From Nemertoderma westbladi (lineage: Eukaryota > Animalia > Xenacoelomorpha), in contig JAUCBJ010000822.1 of NCBI GenBank assembly GCA_032718475.1, forward strand, positions 1 through 45,174: a DNA stretch of 45,174 bases, read 5' to 3'. Every line of letters starts with the position of its first letter. The first letter of the stretch is position 1. The notes under the pieces were generated by a model that ran no database searches, was not told where the DNA came from, and saw only the letters and a program-made list of their open reading frames with translations. The position numbers were made by a program, and so were the translations under genes. This document shows positions 33,241 through 45,174 of the stretch, piece by piece.

Positions 33241-33733
33241 AGGCCCCCCTCACACGGAGCAACTTGTTTCTGCAACTTGTTTCTGAAACTTGTTGCTGGA
33301 CCCCCTCACACACAGAAACAAGTTGCTGCTACTTGTTTCTGCAACTTGTTTCCGAAACTTGTTTCAGCAACTTGTTGCTGGACCCCCTCACACACAGAAA
33401 CTTGTTGCTCAAGAAAATAACAATTATTTCAAAACGAATAGCTAACATTTCCAGTCATTTATATATAATATCAAATCACTCAATTTATCGAATATTAGCT
33501 CTAATCTAAAAATTTGATTTAAAAAAGGTTTTTTAAAAAGTTGCTGGGTATATAACTTCACACACAGAAATAAGTTTCGGAAACAAGTTGCAGAAACTTG
33601 TTGCTGGAGTCCTCACACACAGAAACAAGTTTCGGAAACAAGTTGCAGCAACAAGTTTCTGTGTGTGAGGGGGTCCAGCAACAAGTTACAGAAACAAGTT
33701 GCAGAAACAAGTTGCTCCGTGTGAGGGGGGCCT
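33241..33733. mobile_element. MITE with long TIRs, PIF/Harbinger-like
   Basis: taaggcccccctcacacggagcaacttgtttctgcaac at left and gttgcagaaacaagttgctccgtgtgaggggggcctta at right; TA/TWA target; internal aacttgtt subrepeats. Confidence 0.85.
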
Positions 33734-35269
33734 TACAGTAGTATATTATACGATAAAAAAATATGGCCAAGGCAAAAGAAAAATTGCTTTCAATTCAATT
33801 CGATAAGAGCCCCTGGTTAATCCTAAACCTCAGAGATTCGATATCCGAGCTATATGGCTGATTGAAAAGTTTCTCACCAATATATGAATAGCTGAAACAA
33901 TGGTCTTGCCAGTTGCATCAATAATACTGACACTGACTTCGTTACTGGTACTGTTTACTGGCTTCTAACATGCAATTATGAAGTCTTTAACACATCAAAA
34001 ATCGATCCATCGTTTTCAAACATGCATTCATTAATTTATCCTAACGCCTTACGAATTCAATTGCATGACTTTTTAAAAATAATTAACTCCTTTGTCTTGT
34101 CGACCAGCAGAAACTCGCGGGTTATGGTGTAGAATAATTTCTTCGTCCCAGAAAGATGTGAGTAGCAGTAATTTATACACAAATTACGACTGAAATTAAA
34201 GATATTAAGAAATGAGGAAGGCCATTCAAATATGACGCCCCTGCTACACAGGGAGCAACAAAGATTTATATCTCCCTGATCGTGTCAAGGGTATAGAATC
34301 CATGAATTAATAATCACCAATTTTATTTGTTTCTGATATGAACATTACGAAGACACTTGATATTTTCTGTAGCAGCAATATCACGGTCTATCACCACCTT
34401 AGTCGACATTTATTAATTAATTTGTTTCTCATAATCAGTAATGCTATAGAAGTTATCACATAATTATTATTTATCTTGTAAATAATTGTCATGACAAACA
34501 AACAACCTTTGTAATCTTCTCGGACTGCACTGATGTGTTTTGCAGTGCATTAAAATTCGTACAATTATTTCTCTGTTAGGTTAGGCGTTAAACATAGCAG
34601 ATATCATACTAATTGGCAAACGATACTGATATAACTATTAAACATTGCTCGCTGAATATAAATTAGTTTCTAATATGCACTGCCGTAAATTATAATAAAT
34701 TTTTTGTAAATTATTACCTTTAAGGGTTTGTCATGTGTACTTACCGCTATATTACATGGTGTTGGGTTGTAGAGGAAGCTGATAATACATCCTAGTCGTG
34801 TAGGCCGATGTGTGTATGTGTGTAATACCGGTAAATTACAACTTACATTCTAATTCAGTAATTTATGCACCAGTGTAAGTTGTCCTATGATAGTGATTGT
34901 GATTATGCTGTGCAGAGCATAGCATAACATGATGATCCACCTTCACATTACTCTATTGTCACTGTCTACCTCATTCCGGTTTGAAGCAAATTATAATTCA
35001 ATCCAGTTGCTAAGGTTTATTTTACTAAACCTGCCTGCCTGGCTTGATACAAATATAAAAAAAACCACTCATATTGTGGTTGGCCAAACAATCAATGACA
35101 TATCAATGATATACTTATTAATCACAAAGAGCCTCATCGGTTATGATTAGCCATGGTCAGAAAATAAGCTAATAATAATATTGAAGAATAACGTTTGAAA
35201 TTGTAAGACACCCTATTTAACTGTCTTAAAATATTAAAAGTATTTGCATGTTATGCTTTAGCATTAGAT

Positions 35270-35500
35270 AGTAGATCCAGTACTCCTATATAAGTGTTCA
35301 GGCTGGGCTCTAACTGCAGAGGATACTAAATCTCTGGATGGCATTTATGCAAGAATGCTACGCCGTGTACATTGTGTCTAGTACAATGTGCACATCTCCA
35401 ATAAGACCATATTCAGCATTGGCGGTATCTCAATAGTCTCCTCAAGTTTCACACTTGTATATAAAGCCGCCTCCGCTTCGCAGGACATTGCTTTCGCCGC
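35270..35500 (+). pseudogene. Second, more decayed copy of the RTE fragment at 13860-14090
   Basis: Shared sequences ccagtactcct, gctgggctctaac, aaatctctggatggcat and gcaggacattgctttcgccg. Confidence 0.8.
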
Positions 35501-36269
35501 AAGTGATAAGCCCTCATAGCATTCTCAATGCACGCTGCATCACAGCAAGCCAATTGTAGATTGTATGATGGTGGCACGAAGTTTTTGTTAAGGTATCACA
35601 TAGCATCTCTATGTGCAGCTCCAATGCAGCAGGCCGATTTTAGATCCTTGCTTCCCTGTATGCGTTGTGTTTATTTTTAGTGTTTATATTTAATATTTAT
35701 TTGAAATAAAGTTATTGTAAAGAAATGGACTGGTGAATGTTTTAATGCCAATCAACACCGGCGTTAATATCCTGGTATTTTAAATTGCCATAATTGATTA
35801 ATGCTGCAAGACACATTGGTTTCTACTTATTAATTAACGATGGATGAAGAAGCACCAGCAGCAGGTATGTCAGTCTACTCTATTCTATATTGATGAGTAA
35901 TATTCACTAATTATTACATAAATATATATAATTGTAATAATACATGTTAAACACCAGCCGATAGTAAGGTACAATACGAATAGCTCTGGTTATACATCGT
36001 CTGGAATATTGGTGTCGTAATTCAGTGTCACCTGTTTGTATCGATGGAAAGCTAGCCATATATGGATTCCCACCCCGTAATAATTCCCATATACCATAAT
36101 TTCCGTACCACAAGTTTTATTTATTTTTTACACCTATTGTGTCACATTGTACGCCAATGTTATGTATGGTCATGAAGTTTTATTCTAGAATACTATATGC
36201 GCATTGTTTACATGATTTAGCTAGACATTTTGTACAATACCTTGGTTAATAACTTGGCCATTATTTTAA

Positions 36270-36860
36270 CATCTCTACACAACAAACACGGTTCAAAGGA
36301 CTTACTATACAATTTCGAAAAAACACAAAACTACGCCCTACGAAAAATTGACGATATTTACAATAAGGGACAGTACGGGATCCAAATTACGCAAGCAAGG
36401 TAAAATGCCACTACTATCAGCCGTCCGAGAATACCACAGTCTAATATTTTTCTTTAACTACATAAAAACACTATCAAAGCCATTTCGACATTTAGATTTA
36501 CCTTTTTTACAAAAAATTCACTAAAAATAAATAGTCGCACAAATAACATAAATATATCGAAAACACAAAATAGATATGGCTTTGACAGTATAGTTGTCAT
36601 CAGTATCATAAAATTATGGAATGCGCTACCTACTAATATTTCAAATTGCTCAGATTACAAAATATATCGGAAAATAATACAAAAAAACATCTTAATTAAC
36701 AAAATACACAAGAGGCGTAACTTGAGAATTGTATTGCATCTTAATTGATCATTTGTGCTATTTGTAAATATAAGTATTTATGTATGAATAGTTACTTTGA
36801 GCTTATATGTGTGAGTGTTGTATGTGTGTGATTGATGGGTGGTGTGCATATAATAACACT
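36270..36860 (+). pseudogene. 3' fragment of an L2/CR1 LINE related to the 3637-10572 element
   Basis: LHNKHGSKDLLYNFEKTQNYALR versus LHNRHGYKTLLYKYEKIQNMALR; IKLWNALP; TG-rich 3' UTR. Confidence 0.65.
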
Positions 36861-36875
36861 AGTTAACTTCAATAT

Positions 36876-37131
36876 CTATCTTTATTGAACTGTTATTTGT
36901 TATTTTGTACGGATATTTTGTACGAGTAACTATTATTTCGTCCAAGGACTGTTATAACGTCCGAGGCGAAGCCGAGGACTTATAACACGTCGTCCTTATA
37001 ACACGTTTTACCTCGGACGTGTTATAAGTCCTCGGCTTCGCCTCGGACGTTATAACAGTCCTTGGACGAAATAATAGTTACTCGTACAAAATATCCGTAC
37101 AAAATAACAAATAACAGTTCAATAAAGATAG
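36876..37131. repeat. Perfect palindrome with 116-bp arms and a 24-bp spacer
   Basis: 36876-36991 is the reverse complement of 37016-37131. Confidence 0.93.
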
Positions 37132-37203
37132 TTGTCTCCCCTAAATCCCGTAATAATTCCTATATATCAAAACACCTTTACTACGGGATTTAGGGGAGAC
37201 AAC
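37131..37203. repeat. Inverted repeat with a 22-bp stem
   Basis: gttgtctcccctaaatcccgta pairs with tacgggatttaggggagacaac. Confidence 0.9.
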
Positions 37204-37767
37204 ATACTTTATTACACCATGTCCCGTAATATAAGTGTCATTTTCTAATGACACGGACCCCCCACCCCCCCCCCCCCCCCTAGATTTTTCTACAAATCTT
37301 TATCATATTGCTTGAAATTTGAAACACAACTAGTTCCACTCACCGTCGATGACCCCATGAAGCCGGAATTTTTTATTTTGACTTTAATTTTTTTATAAGC
37401 TTTTAAAAAAGTGTCTTTTGCGAAATTGCACCCTCCGTATCGTGGCCATTCTTCACATTAGTTGTAATTGGGATATATATAATTGGTATATATATAATAT
37501 CATTGGAAAGCTTGCGTTCCAAGGATTCCAAATATGTAACAATATCTGAATTTCGTTGAGAAACAGCTGAGATATAGGCGTTCAAAGATTGCATGAAGTA
37601 TTGTTCGCTGAAGGCCATTTATTCTATTTAATAAATACACGATGTTCTGGAACATTTTGTTTAAGTATGAATAGCTATGCAATAGATTTATTGGATAGGA
37701 ATACCGCTGTTGCCAGCCAACTTATAAAATAAATAACACATTCTAGAATTTTGTGTATTTATTAAAT

Positions 37768-40700
37768 ACTAGAAAGCCTGTGGCCCTTCGGGCCACAGCT
37801 TTCTAGTGCACGTGCAGATGATATATGAATATGTGTGGGAGATTTGAGAACTGCATACGGAACAGACACCATCATTAAATAAAACACCACCCCCATAAGA
37901 GATAACTGTCAAGTTTCAACTTTAGGCAGATTGTAAATAACAAAATTTCCAGAAAATGATCACTTTCAGATCCACCCTCTACCTGCGGACTGGTGAAATG
38001 CAGACGGCGCTGCAGTTTGGTAAAGATGGGGTTTATGGTGAAGTAAAATGCCTGCCTTTCAAGTTTCAGCTTAAACAGATTGTAAATAACAAAATTGATG
38101 TAGATGTTCACATTCAGACATTTCACCCTCTAGCGGTAGACTGAAGAACTGTGGACGACTCTGGGACTCCGTAAAGATACAGAATATGCTGTAGTAGGTA
38201 GATTCCTGCCAAGTTCCAGCTCAATAGGATTAAAAAGAACCAAATGGGATGAGGTGTTCACTATCAGATATGTCGCCCTCTAGCGGCAGATGGGGGGACT
38301 GTATACAACTCTGTGACTCCGTAAAGGTACAGCCTATGCTGTAGTAGATGCCTACCAAGTTTCAGTCTAAACCGTTAGTAAATAACAAAGTTGGAGAAGA
38401 TGTTAACTTTCAGACATTTCACCCTCTAGCGGTAGACTGGGGAAGTGAATAGGATTCTGCAACCCCGTAAAGATACAGCCTATGATGTAGTAGATACCAA
38501 CCAAGTTTCAGCTCAAAATGATTAAAAAGAACCAAATGGGATGAGGTGTTCACTATCAGATATGTCGCCCTCTAGCGGCAGATGGGGGGACTGTATACAA
38601 CTCTGTAACTCCGTAAAGGTACAGCCTATGCTGTAGTAGATGCCTACCAAGTTTCAGTCTAAACCGTTAGTAAATAACAAAGTTGGAGAAGATGTTAACT
38701 TTCAGACAATTCGCCCTCTAGCGGCTGACTGTGGAACTGTAGACGACTCTACTACTCCGCAAAGATATAGCCTATGCTATAGTAGATGCCTACCAAGTTT
38801 CAGTCTAAAAGGATTGTAAATAACAAAGTTGGAGGAGATGTTAACTTTCATACATTTCGCCCTCTAGCGGCAGACGCGGGTAATGTAGACAACTCTGCGC
38901 GACTCAGTAAAGATATAGCTCTATAATTCTAGTTCACAAGCCTATTCACCATTCCAAACATTAGATTAATTAATTAACTTAACTTAACAAAACGTCACAT
39001 GATTGAGTGTTCTCTCAAACAGTGTCGCAGTGTCCGAGTGGATACGGCGCCTGAACTGCTTACACAATAGTGTTTGGTGGTGCAGGTTCGAATCCGACTA
39101 AAGGCTGTATAAATTTCGCACTGTTGTGTCCCTAGACAAGACACTTTAGACATTAGTGCCTACGCCAACCCAGCGGTATAATGGGAACCTAGCTTTGCTG
39201 GGGTAATGATAATAAAAGCGCTTTGAGTATGCTGAGCGTAGAAAAGCGCTATATAAATAACCAATATTATTATTATTATTATTATTATAAAGAAAAGGAT
39301 TGAAGCTGTTTTACTTTTCAAATATCTACATACTACGTACAACATAAGGCTAAGGTTGTATTAAAGTAGATAAATACCTGCCAAGTATCATTTCCAAAGG
39401 ATTACAAATAGTAAAAATATGCAAGAAGGTTAAACTGTAGAACTGCAGGTGGTTATCATCCTCATAAACACAACCTATAGTTTATTTAGTTTAGTAGGTA
39501 GTGCACAGTACTTTTAGATCGCTGCCAAGAATAAACTCTAAAGAATTTAAATGGGAGAAGGATTTCACTTTCAGACAATTCGTCCCCTAGTGGCGGACTG
39601 GAGAACTGCAGACTGGTCAACGTCCTTCCCAAAGACGCAGCTTATGATGTAGTACAGTAGACCTCTGCCAAGTATCAGCCTAAAAGCATTTTTAGTAAAT
39701 AAATGTGAGAATGTTTTCACTTTTCAGACATTTCGCACCCTCTAGCAGTATACTGGAGAACTGCAGACTGGTTAGCATCCGCCCCAAACACACAGCCTAT
39801 GGTGTAGTATACCTTTCCCAAGTATAAAAAAAAGCATTAGAAACAACGAAATGGGAGAAGGTTTTCATTTCAGACATTTCACCCTCTAGCGGCAGACTGA
39901 GGAATTGCAGATTGGTCAGAGTTGTCCACAAAAACGCAGTCTATGGTGTAGTAGACCTCTGCCAAGTATCAGCCTAAAAGTATTATAAACAACGAAATGG
40001 TATAAGGTTTTCACTTTCAGATATTTCGCCCCCTAGCGGCCGAATGGAGAACTGCAGGTAGTTGGGCGTCCTCCACAGACACACACCATATGGTGTAATA
40101 CACATCTGCCAAGTGTCAGCCTAAAAGCATTATTAATAACGAAATGGGATAAGGTTTTCACTTTCAGACATTTGGCCCCCTAGCGGTAGACTGGAGAAAT
40201 GCAGACTGATTCTAGCTCGTCCCCAAACACGCTGTATGGTGTAGTAGACCTCTGCCAAGTATCAGCAAAAAAGCATTATAAACAAAGAAATGGGATAAGG
40301 TTTTCACTTTCAGATATTTCTCCCCCTAGCGGCAGACTGGGGAATTGCAGATTGGTCAGCATCCTCCCCAAACACACAGCCTATGGTGTAGAAGACCTCT
40401 GCCATGTATCAGCTAAAAGGCTTTAATAATAACGAAATGGGAGATGTTTTCAGTTTCGGATATTTCGCCCCCTAGCGGCAGACTGGAGAACTGCAGATTG
40501 ATCAGTGTCCTCCCAAACACACAGTCTATGGTCGGGAACAGATCTGCAAAGTATCATTTAGAACAGATTAAGTCTGGTATCAAAAAGTAGCATAATAGTC
40601 GAGACCCAACATGTAGAGTGACAGAATGAACTGCTAGGCCTACTGCGCTACCGGTACCAAATTCACGAAATCTGCATTCACGCAAACAAACGCGTAAAAT

Positions 40701-40800
40701 AAGACTCGAGATAGCGACAGTGCACGTGCTCGTGACGAGAGCTTTCGTTCGATGTATCGCGAGCTCAGATTGGTGCTTGTGTGTAGAAACGTATAGCTTG

Positions 40801-40832
<32 letters not shown>

Positions 40833-40852
40833 CATGATATTTATATATATAG
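37768..40852 (+). mobile_element. Helentron/DINE-1-like non-autonomous element, copy 1
   Basis: Terminal hairpin actagaaagcctgtggcccttcgggccacagctttctagt, internal 146-bp repeats, (GACA)n microsatellite and atttatatatatag end. Confidence 0.6.
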
Positions 40853-43850
40853 ACTAGAAAGCCTGTGGCCCTTCGGGCCACAGCTTTCTAGTGCACGTGC
40901 AGATGATATATGAATATGTGTGGGAGATTGGAGAACTGCATACGGAACAGACACCATCATTAAATAAAACACCACCCCCATAAGAGATAACTGTCAAGTT
41001 TCAACTTTAGTCAGATTGTAAATAACAAAATTTCCAGAAAATGATCACTTTCAGATCCACCCTCTACCTGCGGACTGGTGAAATGCAGACGGCGCTGCAG
41101 TTTGGTAAAGATGGGGTTTATGGTGAAGTAAAATGCCTGCCTTTCAAGTTTCAGCTTAAACAGATTGTAAATAACAAAATTGGTGTAGATGTTCACATTC
41201 AGACTTCTAGCGGTAGACTGAAGAACTGTAGACGACTCTGGGACTCCGTAAAGATACAGAATATGCTGCAGTAGATTCCTGCCAAGTTTCAGCTCAAAGG
41301 GATTAAAAAGAACCAATTGGGATGAGGTGTTCACTATCAGACAATTCGCCCTCTAGCGGCAGATAGGGGAACTGTATACAACTCTGCGACTCCGTAAAGG
41401 TAGAGCCTATGCTGTAGTAGATGCCTACCAAGTTTCAGTCTAAACCGTTTGTAAATAACAAAGTTGGAGAAGATGTTAATTTTCAGACATTTCACCCTCT
41501 AGCGGTAGACTGGGAAAGTGTATAGGACTCTGCAACTCCGTAAAGATAGAGCCTAGGATGTAGTAGATACCTGCCAAGTTTCAGCTCAAAAGGATTAAAA
41601 AGAACCAAATGGGATGAGGTTTTCACTATCAGACAATTCGCCCTCTTGCGGCTGACTGTGGAACTGTAGACGACTCTACTACTCCGCAAAGATATAGCCT
41701 ATGCTATAGTAGATGCCTACCAAGTTTCAGTCAAAACGGATTGTAAATAACAAAGTTGGAGAAGATGTTAACTTGCAGACATTTCGCCCTCTAGCGGTAG
41801 ACGGGGAAATTGTAGACGACTCTGCGACTCAGTAAAGATACAGCCTATGCTGTAGTAGATGCCTACCAAGTTTCAGTCAAAACGGATTGTAAATAATAAA
41901 GTTGGAGAAGATGTTAACTCTCAGACATTTAGCCCTCTAACGGTAGACTGGGTAACTGTAGACAAATCAGTGACTCCGGAAATATACAGCCTATGCTGCA
42001 GTATATAGCTACCAAGTTTCAGCTCAAAAGCATTAAAAATAACAAAGTTGGAGAAGATGTTAACTTTCAGACATTTCGCCCTCTAGCGGTAGACTGGGGA
42101 ATTGTAGACGACTCTGCGACTCAGTAAAGATACAGCCTTTGCTGTAGTAGATGCCTACCAAGTTTCAGTCTAAACGGATTGTAAATAACAAAGTTGGAGA
42201 AGATGTTAACTCTCAGACATTTAGCCCTCTAACGGTAGACTGGGGAACTGTGGACATCTCAGTGACTCCGGAAATATACAGCCTATGCTGCTGCTGCAGT
42301 ATATAGCAACCAAGTTTCAGCTCAAAAGCATTAAAAACAACCCAATGAGATCAGGTTTTCAGTATCGGACAAATTCGCCCTCTAGCGGCAGACGGGGGAA
42401 CTTCAGACGGCTCTGAGTATTACGTTGCAACGAGTTAGGGCGAGACCTATCTAACGAGCTATAGTAAGCGTGATTTCATCGAGATTAGATGTATAATATT
42501 AGATAAAATAATAATACAGTAAGTACAGGCCTACAGAAATAATTATTTTACTTTTAATATTTATAACAGTAAAACAAAAATGTTATAAACCTCTCCTTCC
42601 ATGCAGCCAATGATTGAGAAAGCAGAATTACTCTGAGCAATTCGCAACAGATAACCCAAACCCACCCCAATCAACACTCCAGCCTGCTTGCTCCTTATCT
42701 GTGCCCAGCCAGCTAGCTGCGAGTTCATTAATTACCTTAACGTTGCTATGATACAGAAAACAATCCTTCCTTTCTAGTGCACGTGCAGATGATATATGAA
42801 TATGTGTGGGAGATTTGAGAACTGCATACGGAACAGACACCATCATTAAATAAAACACCACCCCATAAGAGATAACTGTCAAGTTTCAACTTTAGGCAGA
42901 TTGTAAATAACAAAATTTCCAGAAAATGATCACTTTCAGATCCACCCTCTACCTGCGGACTGGTGAAATGCAGACGGCGCTGCAGTTTGGTAAAGATGGG
43001 GTTTATGGTGAAGTAAAATGCCTGCCTTTCAAGTTTCAGCTTAAACAGATTGTAAATAACAAAATTGGTGTAGATGTTCACATTCAGACATTTCACCCTC
43101 TAGCGGTAGACTGAAGAACTGTAGACGACTCTACAACTCCGCAAAGATATAGCCTATGCTATAGTAGATGCCTGCCAAGTTTCAGCTCAAAATGATTAAA
43201 AAGAACCAAATGGGATGAGGTTTTCACTATCAGACAATTCGCCCTCTAGCGGCTGACTGTGGAACTGTAGACGTCTCTACTACTCCGCAAAGATATAGCC
43301 TATGCTATAGTAGATGCCTACCAAGTTTCAATCTAAAGGATTGTAAATAACAAAGTTGGAGGAGATGTTAACTTTCATACATTTCGCCCTCTAGCGGCAG
43401 ACGCAGGTAATGTAGACAACTCTGCGCGACTCAGTAAAGATATAGCCTATGCTGTAGTAGATGCCTACTGTACCAAGTTCAGTCTAAATGGATTATAAAT
43501 AACAAAGCTAGATATGTTAACTTTCAGACATTTCGCCCTCTAGCAGTAGACCGGGGAATTGTAGACGACTCTGCTACTCTGTAAAGATACAGCCTATGCT
43601 GTAGTAGATGCCTACCAAGTTTCAGTCTAATCGGATTTTAAATAACACAGTTGGAGAAGATGTTAACTCTCAGACATTTAGCCATCTAACGGTAGACTGG
43701 GGAACTGTAGACAAATCAGTGACTCCGGAAATATACAGCCTATGCTGTAGTATATAGCTACCAAGTTTCAGCTCAAAAGCATTAAAAACAACCCAATGAG
43801 ATCAGGTTTTCACTTTCGGACAATTCGCCCTCTAGCGGCAGACGGGGGAA
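37900..43850. repeat. 146-bp satellite arrays (about 37900-38920, 39400-40550, 41000-42410, 42870-43850)
   Basis: The core c(g/a)ccctctagcgg recurs at 38274, 38420, 38566, 38712 and 38858, i.e. exactly 146 bp apart. Confidence 0.93.
39024..39288 (+). mobile_element. tRNA-derived SINE with an L2-like 3' end
   Basis: A box near 39030, B box GGTTCGAATCC 39085-39095, central gtgtccctagacaagacacttt core, 3' aaagcgctttgag..aaagcgctatataaat and a (TAT)n tail. Confidence 0.8.
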
Positions 43851-44679
43851 CTTCAGACGGTTATGAGTATTACGTTGCAACGAGTTAGGGCGAGACCTAT
43901 CTAACGAGCTATAGTAAGCGAGATTTCATCGAGATTAGATGTATAATATTAGATAAAATAATAATACAGCAAGTACAGGCCTACAGAAATAATTATTTTA
44001 CTTTTAATATTCATAAAAGTAAACCAAAAATGTTATAAACCTCTCCTTCCATGCAGCCAATGATTGAGAAAGCAGAATTACTCTGAGCAATTCGCAATAG
44101 ACAACCCAAACCCACCCCAATCAACACTCCAGCCTGCTTGCTCCTTATCTGTGCCCAGCCAGCTAGCTGCGAGTTCAATAATTACCTTAACGTTGCTATG
44201 ATACAGAAAAAAATCCTTCCCTATTAACTACAGCACTAAGAATAGGCCAATTCGATCGTGCTTGGCGAATATGACATATTTATACACTATTTGATTTTTA
44301 ATCAATAAATAATCATAAATATTTATATTAAACACCTGAATAAAATAAAAACTTTGTGAGAATGGGACACGGCGAATCTACCCATGTTAATTTTATACCA
44401 GGTGGGATAAATGTTAGCCCTCTAAATCATTAATTACCGATAGAAGAACCGAAATAATTCGATAAATTTCGCCCGAAAATCACGAAAATCGCCCTCTAGC
44501 GGCAGACGGGTGAACTTCAGACGACTCTGAGTATTACGTTGCAACGAGTTAGGGCGAGACCTTTCTAACGAGCTATAGCAAGCGAGATTTCATCGAGATG
44601 GGTTCGATTGTATAGCCGATGACAAACACACAGACAGACAGACAGACAGACAGACAATCGATATTTATATATATTAGAT
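40853..44679 (+). mobile_element. Helentron/DINE-1-like element, copy 2, head-to-tail, with an internal duplication restarting at 42771
   Basis: Same terminal hairpin at 40853, the same repeats, (GACA)n at about 44630 and atttatatatattagat end. Confidence 0.6.
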
Positions 44680-45174
44680 AATAAATGGCCTGCAGCGAAC
44701 GATTATTCTTGCAATCTTTGTACGCCTATATCTCAACTGTTTCTCAACGAAATTCAGATATTGTTACATATTTGGAATCCTTGCAACGCAAGCTTTTTAA
44801 TGATATGAAAATATTACGACTAATGTGAAGAATGGCCACGATACGGAGGGTGCAATTTCGCAAAAGACACTTTTTTAAAACGCTAATAAAAAAAATTAAA
44901 GTGCAAAATCGAAAATTCCGGCTTCATGGAGTCATCGACGGTGAGTGGATACTAGTTGTGTTTCAAATTTCAAGCAATATGATAAAGATTTGTAGAAAAA
45001 TCTGAGGGGGGTCCGTGTCATCAGAAAATGACACTATATTACGGTTCATGGTGTACTTATCAATTAATTACACATCATAATTAACATATATCTTATATAT
45101 ATATATATTATATCTATATATATTAACATATAATACAATATCCCTTTACTTTAAGTACTGTACATTAATGTTAC

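Larger units (their letters stand above)
37215..45053. mobile_element. Non-autonomous DNA transposon with about 400-bp TIRs, carrying nested insertions
   Basis: 37215 to about 37620 is inverted relative to about 44682-45053. CACC...GGTG termini with TA on both sides. No transposase. Confidence 0.8.

Noticed and set aside
39024-39100. tRNA gene (also 1842-1905 and 11209-11260)
   Set aside because: A and B boxes are present but no convincing cloverleaf; they are followed by SINE bodies or are degenerate.
37875-43114. Repeated short ORFs (MITFRSTLY..., MKCLNVNIY...)
   Set aside because: They arise from duplicated satellite or element sequence, not a gene family.

Overview
This is AT-rich eukaryotic (probably invertebrate) genomic DNA made almost entirely of nested transposable elements, with one likely host exon (LamG/ConA-like domain, 12144-12799). 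The centrepiece is a very young, full-length 14.4-kb BEL/Pao LTR retrotransposon (17534-31940; 537-bp LTRs with one visible mismatch; CTTAT target-site duplication). Downstream of gag-pol and a hairpin-containing tandem array, in the slot where env sits in retroviruses, it carries an accessory gene for a DEDDy/WRN-Mut-7-like 3'-5' exonuclease followed by three CCHC zinc knuckles, apparently with its own TATA box and intron. A degraded, divergent homologue of the same accessory gene lies at 1-540 on the minus strand and is absent from the ORF track. A related solo LTR sits at 8189-8742. Also present: a full-length L2/CR1-group LINE (SAP + SGNH-esterase ORF1; 2A-like motif before APE-RT) nested in an older LINE, RTE and other LINE fragments, tRNA-derived SINEs, a Harbinger-like MITE, a 116-bp-arm perfect palindrome, and a TIR element enclosing Helentron/DINE-like units with a 146-bp satellite that carries a CTCF-like motif in each monomer. 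All assignments come from reading motifs by eye; no database searches were run.
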